From the human T2T-CHM13v2.0 reference genome, Homo sapiens, in assembly GCA_009914755.4 (NCBI GenBank), contig CP068257.2, forward strand, positions 27,360,001-27,424,000: a DNA stretch of 64,000 nucleotides, written 5' to 3'. Position 1 is the stretch's first letter. Each line of letters opens with the position of its first letter. The notes under the pieces are model-generated. The model made no database searches. It was not told the DNA's origin and was given only the letters and a program-made list of their open reading frames with translations. Positions 60,339 through 64,000 of this stretch are shown here, piece after piece. The position numbers were made by a program, and so were the translations under genes.

Positions 60339-60437
60339 TTATATATGAGATGTGTCTTGCCAACCATCTCTGTCCCAATTTCCTTGTGGTTTAGGAGCTT
60401 TAGGCCCACCTGCCAGCTTTGCCATTATAATCTAAAG
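60339..60437 (-). pseudogene. Diverged tandem copy of the CCT8 terminal exon (pseudo-exon) within CCT8 last intron
   Basis: Minus strand ctttag|ATTATAATGGCAAAGCTGGCAGGTGGGCCTAAAGCTCCTAAACCACAAGGAAATTGGGACAGAGATGGTTGGCAAGACACATCTCATATATAA encodes IIMAKLAGGPKAPKPQGNWDRDGWQDTSHI*. Clear nucleotide similarity to the genuine exon 430 bp downstream (atcatcatggcaaaaccagctggtgggcccaagcctcc vs attataatggcaaagctggcaggtgggcctaaagctcc), with an acceptor-like ctttag. Confidence 0.6.
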
Positions 60438-60602
60438 TAGTTGATACATAAGTATATACAAAGTTTAACACTGAAATTTTCTAAAACCTGTAAATGAGAA
60501 TCATTCAAGCAGCCAGGAATTTTCATAAACAAAAATCTAAGTTCCCAACTTAAAAAAAAAAGCGCCACAAACCTCACCTTACTTTATCTAAAATAAATAG
60601 GT

Positions 60603-60905
60603 TTTAGCTTTTTTTTTTTTTTTCTTTTTGAGACGGAGTCTTGCTCTGTTGCCCAGGCTAGAGAGTGCAGTGGCGCGATCTTGGCTCAATGCAACCTCTG
60701 CCTCCTGGGTTCAAGCAATTCTCCTGCCTCAGCCTCCTGAGTAACTGGGATTACAGGTGCCCATCACCATGCCCGGCTAAGTTTTTACTTTTAGTAGAGA
60801 CGGGGTTTCACCACGTTGGCCAGGCTGGTCTCAAACTCCTGCATGATCCACCCGCCTCAGCCTCCCAAAGTGTTGGGATTATAGGTGTGAGCCACTGCGC
60901 TCGGC
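60603..60905 (-). repeat. Alu SINE
   Basis: poly-T then ctttttgagacggagtcttgctctgttgcccaggctagagagtgcagtggcgcgatcttggctcaatgcaacctctgcctcctgggttcaagc...ggtgtgagccactgcgctcggc. Confidence 0.9.
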
Positions 60906-60940
60906 TGGAAAACATCTTAATTACCATCTGCAAACCTGAA

Positions 60941-61478
60941 CTGGGCAGTGGCTCATGCCTGTAATCCTAGCACTTTGGGAGGCCAAGGTTTGAGGCCAGG
61001 AGTTTGAGACCAGCCTGGGCAACAAAGTGAGACCTAGTCTACAAAAACTAAAAATATATATATATATAAAATATATATATAACATTTGATAATATATATA
61101 TGATATATGTATCATATATACGATACATATATCATACATATATCATATATAATATATATCATACATATATGTATGATATATATATCATGTATATGTATGA
61201 TATGAGATATATATGATATATATGAGATATGTATGATATATACATATGTATGATATATACATATGATATGTGTGATATATACATATCAGATATATATGAT
61301 ATATATCTCAGCCAACCATGACAGCACCTGCCTACAGTCCCAGCTATTCGGGATGTTAAGGCAGAAGAATCACTGGAACTCAGGATTTTGAGGCTGTGGT
61401 GAGCTGATTATGATTGTGCCACTGTCCTCCAGCCTGGGTGATAGAGTAAGACCTTATCACAACAACAACAAAAAAGAT
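60941..61478 (+). repeat. Old Alu split by an expanded AT-rich compound microsatellite (61053-61310)
   Basis: Left arm ctgggcagtggctcatgcctgtaatcctagcactttgggaggccaaggtttgaggccaggagtttgagaccagcctgggcaacaaagtgagacc. Then about 250 bp of (ATATATGATATGTATG)-like repeats. Right arm tcagccaaccatgacagcacctgcctacagtcccagctattcgggatgttaaggcagaagaatcactggaactcagg...gcctgggtgatagagtaagacc. Confidence 0.8.
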
Positions 61479-61599
61479 ACCTAAACCTGAAATTCTCAGA
61501 ATAACATGTTACCAATTGAGAGTAATTTCAGACTGAATTAAAGGCATTAAGCATAATTTTAGAACCTAAGTGCACATTGATTTTAAAAAGTAACTAAAA

Positions 61600-61926
<327 letters not shown>

Positions 61927-62012
61927 TTAGTGGGCACCATAATCAAAAGTGCTCATTAAAACAGACTGCTAGGCCTCTTCCAGCATTTCTGATATTGGTG
62001 GGTCTGGAGTGA

Positions 62013-62333
<321 letters not shown>

Positions 62334-62364
62334 CCAAGAATCTGTATTTCTTATTTATTTTTAG

Positions 62365-62643
<279 letters not shown>

Positions 62644-63980
62644 TAAAGCTTGATGTGCAATTCCTTTTCTAGAATATATACTATACAAATTTAGGTTCAT
62701 TATACTATACACTATATACACAAACTGGTTAATACAGTTGGATGGGTTCTTTAGATACATACTTCACATAGAGTGCAAAGACTGGGGGAACAGATCAACC
62801 AACAACTTCCCCTACCATAAGATAAAGCAGACTTCCTAGTTTAAAGCCAGAATTCAAACTGCCTTTGTGACCAAGGGTGGTGGTTATTGTCTTGCTTGAA
62901 TAATTGACATTCAAAGTTCCTAACACAGTTGGAATTTCTGCGTTCCTTATGCTGCAGTCTACTTAGCTTCTTCCGTCCCTGCTATTTTTGGTTTCCCCTT
63001 TTATTCTTAGCCACATTCTAATTTCTAGAATAAGTATTTTCTTAGGTTTCTATTTAAGAACTCAAACATATTCTTCCATTGAAAATCACCTAATAAGCTG
63101 ACAGAGAAACCCGTTAATCTGGTACATAAACATCTAGTTTCTGCTTATTTTCAATGACTTGAAACTAAATATCCAGTTCCATTTTTGGTCATCTCTTGCT
63201 ATCATAGTTCTTCCAATAAATTTGTTATAATTACCACCAACTGGTCCTTACTGTACTTAAAAGCTGAAATGTCTTTCCACTGATTTCTACTTAGGACTTA
63301 CTCCACCTTTAATATGACATATGACTTTTACCTAATGGATGTATACTGTCCCTCTAGCAAATTAAAATTTTCTATTAAGTACTTATAAATAGTCATTGCT
63401 TATTAATTACTTCTAGAATTTTGTGGGGAAATGTATTTAATTAAGTTTGCCAGAAAATACCTTTTGGAAAAATAATTATGATTTCAGGTTTACTTCTATA
63501 TATAGAACAGTCTACCACAATTCTTCAAAAAAAAAAAAAAAGGGTAGAAATATGATTTTAAACACCTTTAACATCTTTTAGTATCTCAAGCTGTAATTTG
63601 TCATAGCAGAAAAAATTTTCAATGCCCAGTCCTCTTATCTGCAGACAGCTAGAGACTCCATTTTCCTTCAAGCTGATGGTCTGCAATGTCTGCTTGAGAG
63701 CTTTATGGTCCTTCCAAATTCCATGTTAGTATTATATATTAAATTTACTCTCTAAATTATTTGTACAAATGGGTTCTAAGGCTAAAAGGTTTGAAAGTTA
63801 TATATTCAATACAATTTATAATAGAAGAAAAAAATTGGAGGGGGGCACATAGTATCTCTAATAGGTGAGGACTAAGAATCCTTTGAATTAGAACTATGCT
63901 ATGTTCTAGTTCTGGGAAAATATACTATTAAACAGTATGCAAATGAGTATTTTTAAAGATCAAAATTTCACTTTGCTCAC

Positions 63981-64000
63981 CTGATCCACTCTAAGTACAG
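63981..64000 (-). CDS. CCT8: CCT8 penultimate coding exon, 3' end only (continues beyond window)
   Basis: Minus strand ctgtacttagagtggatcag|gtgagcaaag encodes ...VLRVDQ followed by a GTGAGC donor. Joins in frame to IIMAKPAGG... of the terminal exon (intron about 59995-63980). Confidence 0.75.

Overview
This window is human genomic DNA, and it matches chr21q21.3 by protein-level recognition of three genes. It holds the whole of RWDD2B (minus strand, 5 exons), the whole of USP16 (plus strand, 18 exons) and the 3' end of CCT8 (minus strand, convergent with USP16). USP16 is recognised from its ZnF-UBP region, the Cys-box GLSNLGNTCFFNAVMQ, the His-box and the C-terminal ...[11 protein letters not shown]8 is recognised from its terminal exon ...IIMAKPAGGPKPPSGKKDWDDDQND and the ...VLRVDQ|gtgagc exon at the window edge. 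The rest is primate interspersed repeat: about 55 Alu copies, an RPL23 processed pseudogene, a solo LTR12 with tandem CCAAT repeats, a full-length SVA in RWDD2B intron 1, a THE1/MST MaLR LTR and old L1 fragments. There are two promoter CpG islands (RWDD2B at about 22.4-22.95 kb, USP16 at about 27.9-28.65 kb) and one unassigned CpG-rich block at 5.4-5.9 kb. I found no prokaryotic genes, CRISPR array or defence-system architecture. The long GC-rich ORFs in the six-frame track are artefacts of the SVA VNTR, the CpG islands and the Alus. The most notable sequence-level observations are: (i) an apparent +1 T frameshift inside USP16 exon 15 relative to the otherwise perfectly conserved reading frame; (ii) a diverged tandem copy of the CCT8 terminal exon inside its last intron; (iii) a NAGNAG tandem acceptor at USP16 exon 6; (iv) short uORFs in the inferred USP16 5'UTR; (v) an unassigned CpG-rich block next to a solo LTR12.
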